The notes beneath the pieces were generated by a model. It worked only from the letters and a program-made list of their open reading frames with translations, made no database searches and was not told where the DNA came from. DNA of 64,000 nt from Gammaproteobacteria bacterium (lineage in GTDB: Bacteria; Pseudomonadota; Gammaproteobacteria; Ga0077536). The DNA lies in the NCBI GenBank assembly GCA_963662545.2, contig CAXXLL010000002.1:1248001-1312000 (forward strand), written 5' to 3'. The position numbers and the translations under genes are program-made. This document shows positions 62,697 through 64,000 of this stretch, piece by piece. Positions within the stretch are counted from its first letter, which is position 1; every line of letters begins with the position of its first letter.

Positions 62697-64000
62697 CTAG
62701 CGTGATGCCGCCAACTCCGCCCGCCGGGTCTTGCTCGCGGCCAGATCGAGAGCCAGCGATTCGTCGTCGAGGCGGCCGTTGAAGACGATCCCGTAGACGT
62801 CGCGCGCGCGCGCGATCGTTTCCCAGCGCTCCAGCACGTCTCGCAACACCCGTTCCGGTTCGCGCTCCAGTGGATCGCCGTAGCCGCCACCGCCGCAATC
62901 AAGTCCCCGCACCAATTCGCCGGGTTCCAGGCGGCACTCGACGACGCCCGGGAGTTTTTCCTGCGTGCCATCCGCGCTGATCTTATAGGTCTCGGCGGCC
63001 GGTCCCGGCGCACCGCCGCGCACGCCGCGCGGCGGGAAGTGTTGCCCGTCGCAGGAGATGACGACGGTCATGGGGTCCGTGCGCGGCCCGTAGATGACCT
63101 CGGCGCCCGGGGCTCCGCGAAATCGTCCGGCACCGCCGCCGCCCTCGATCACGCGGATTGATTTGATCATGATCGGGTACTTCGATTCGTCGATTTCGAC
63201 GCTGTTGCGGTACATGAGGCCGCCGACCACCGGCAAACCATAAGTCAGCCAGCCGTCAGTGGACGGGGTGCCCGGGCCGCCGTTCGCCATGATGAATTCC
63301 TGATTGATATAAGGATCGCCGCCGAAACGCCAGTCCTTGCCGGAAATGACACCCGCGCCTGCGCCCATGCCGAGTGCCCCTTCGGCCAAACCATGCCCTT
63401 CACCGATCTGTGCGAACGCGGCCTGGGTGATGTTGACGATGCGGTCGGCGATGTTGGTGGTCGCCATGGAACAACTGTGCGGGAATTCCGGGATGCCGGT
63501 AATGCAGCCTTCGCGGAGTTTAATGTTTACCCGCGAGAAGCTGCCGGCGTTGTGCGGAATGTCGTGGTCAAGGCAGTTGAACACGCCGGCCATGGCGTTA
63601 CTGGTCGCGCAGGCGACCGACTGGTTCAAACCGAAATCCTTGTTGTCTTCGTTGTGTGTCAGGTCGACTTCGATGCGGCCTTCCTCGGCATCGACCGTCA
63701 CGTCGACACGGATCTCGAGGCCGTCGGGCAATACCGGGGGCTGCGGATCGTAATGGCCGACGTTTGTCAGCGTGCCGCCCGGCATGGTCTTGATCGCCTC
63801 GATCATGCGCCGCTCCGAGTAGGCGAACCAGGTCTTGATGAATTCGCGGATGGTATCGCGGCCATAGCGTTCGACCAGTTCTCTCAAGCGGCGCTCGCCG
63901 ATACGGGCCGCGCCGATCGCGGCGAGATAGTCGCCAAACCATTGCTCCGGCACGCGAATGCGTCGTTTGCACATGCGGATGATGTCCTGCATGTCCTGGT
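62697..64000 (-). CDS. Hydantoinase B/oxoprolinase family protein (5' end outside window)
   Basis: RIRVPEQW.GD, IPHNAGSF, NGGPG....DGW, SVEIDE..YP, GAGRFRG.PG, GGGGYGDPLER. Confidence 0.93.
   Translation of the reverse strand, partial: QDMQDIIRMCKRRIRVPEQWFGDYLAAIGAARIGERRLRELVERYGRDTIREFIKTWFAYSERRMIEAIKTMPGGTLTNVGHYDPQPPVLPDGLEIRVDVTVDAEEGRIEVDLTHNEDNKDFGLNQSVACATSNAMAGVFNCLDHDIPHNAGSFSRVNIKLREGCITGIPEFPHSCSMATTNIADRIVNITQAAFAQIGEGHGLAEGALGMGAGAGVISGKDWRFGGDPYINQEFIMANGGPGTPSTDGWLTYGLPVVGGLMYRNSVEIDESKYPIMIKSIRVIEGGGGAGRFRGAPGAEVIYGPRTDPMTVVISCDGQHFPPRGVRGGAPGPAAETYKISADGTQEKLPGVVECRLEPGELVRGLDCGGGGYGDPLEREPERVLRDVLERWETIARARDVYGIVFNGRLDDESLALDLAASKTRRAELAASR

Overview
GC-rich bacterial window, probably Gammaproteobacteria (inferred from gene content). 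Several homopolymer or chimeric frameshifts suggest an imperfectly polished assembly. The left third is a patchwork of accessory cassettes: MacAB-type ABC exporter, a MerR-controlled Cys-rich operon and CusCBA efflux. It is punctuated by three diverged copies of a selenocysteine tRNA (5' part at 580, 3' part at 4840, complete 7/5-fold gene at 19634), and no integrase is visible. Next come a 3x40-bp tandem repeat, an IS1595 element with passenger ORFs splitting a 2OG-Fe(II) oxygenase, a NADH-dehydrogenase-like/SelD fusion, assorted catabolic enzymes, an IS5-type MITE, REP doublets and other palindromic repeats. The 35-56 kb region is a surface locus: TpsB plus a ~15-kb TpsA plus a tandem-FecR protein, converging on a Slam/T11SS-like TPR-barrel plus a FecR-domain cargo. 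The right end holds an uncharacterised cluster: hydantoinase B, Cys-phosphatase, stand-alone PEP-utilizer phospho-His domain, 516-aa orphan, Rv1126c-like protein and SDR. All product calls come from motif recognition only; no database searches were run.
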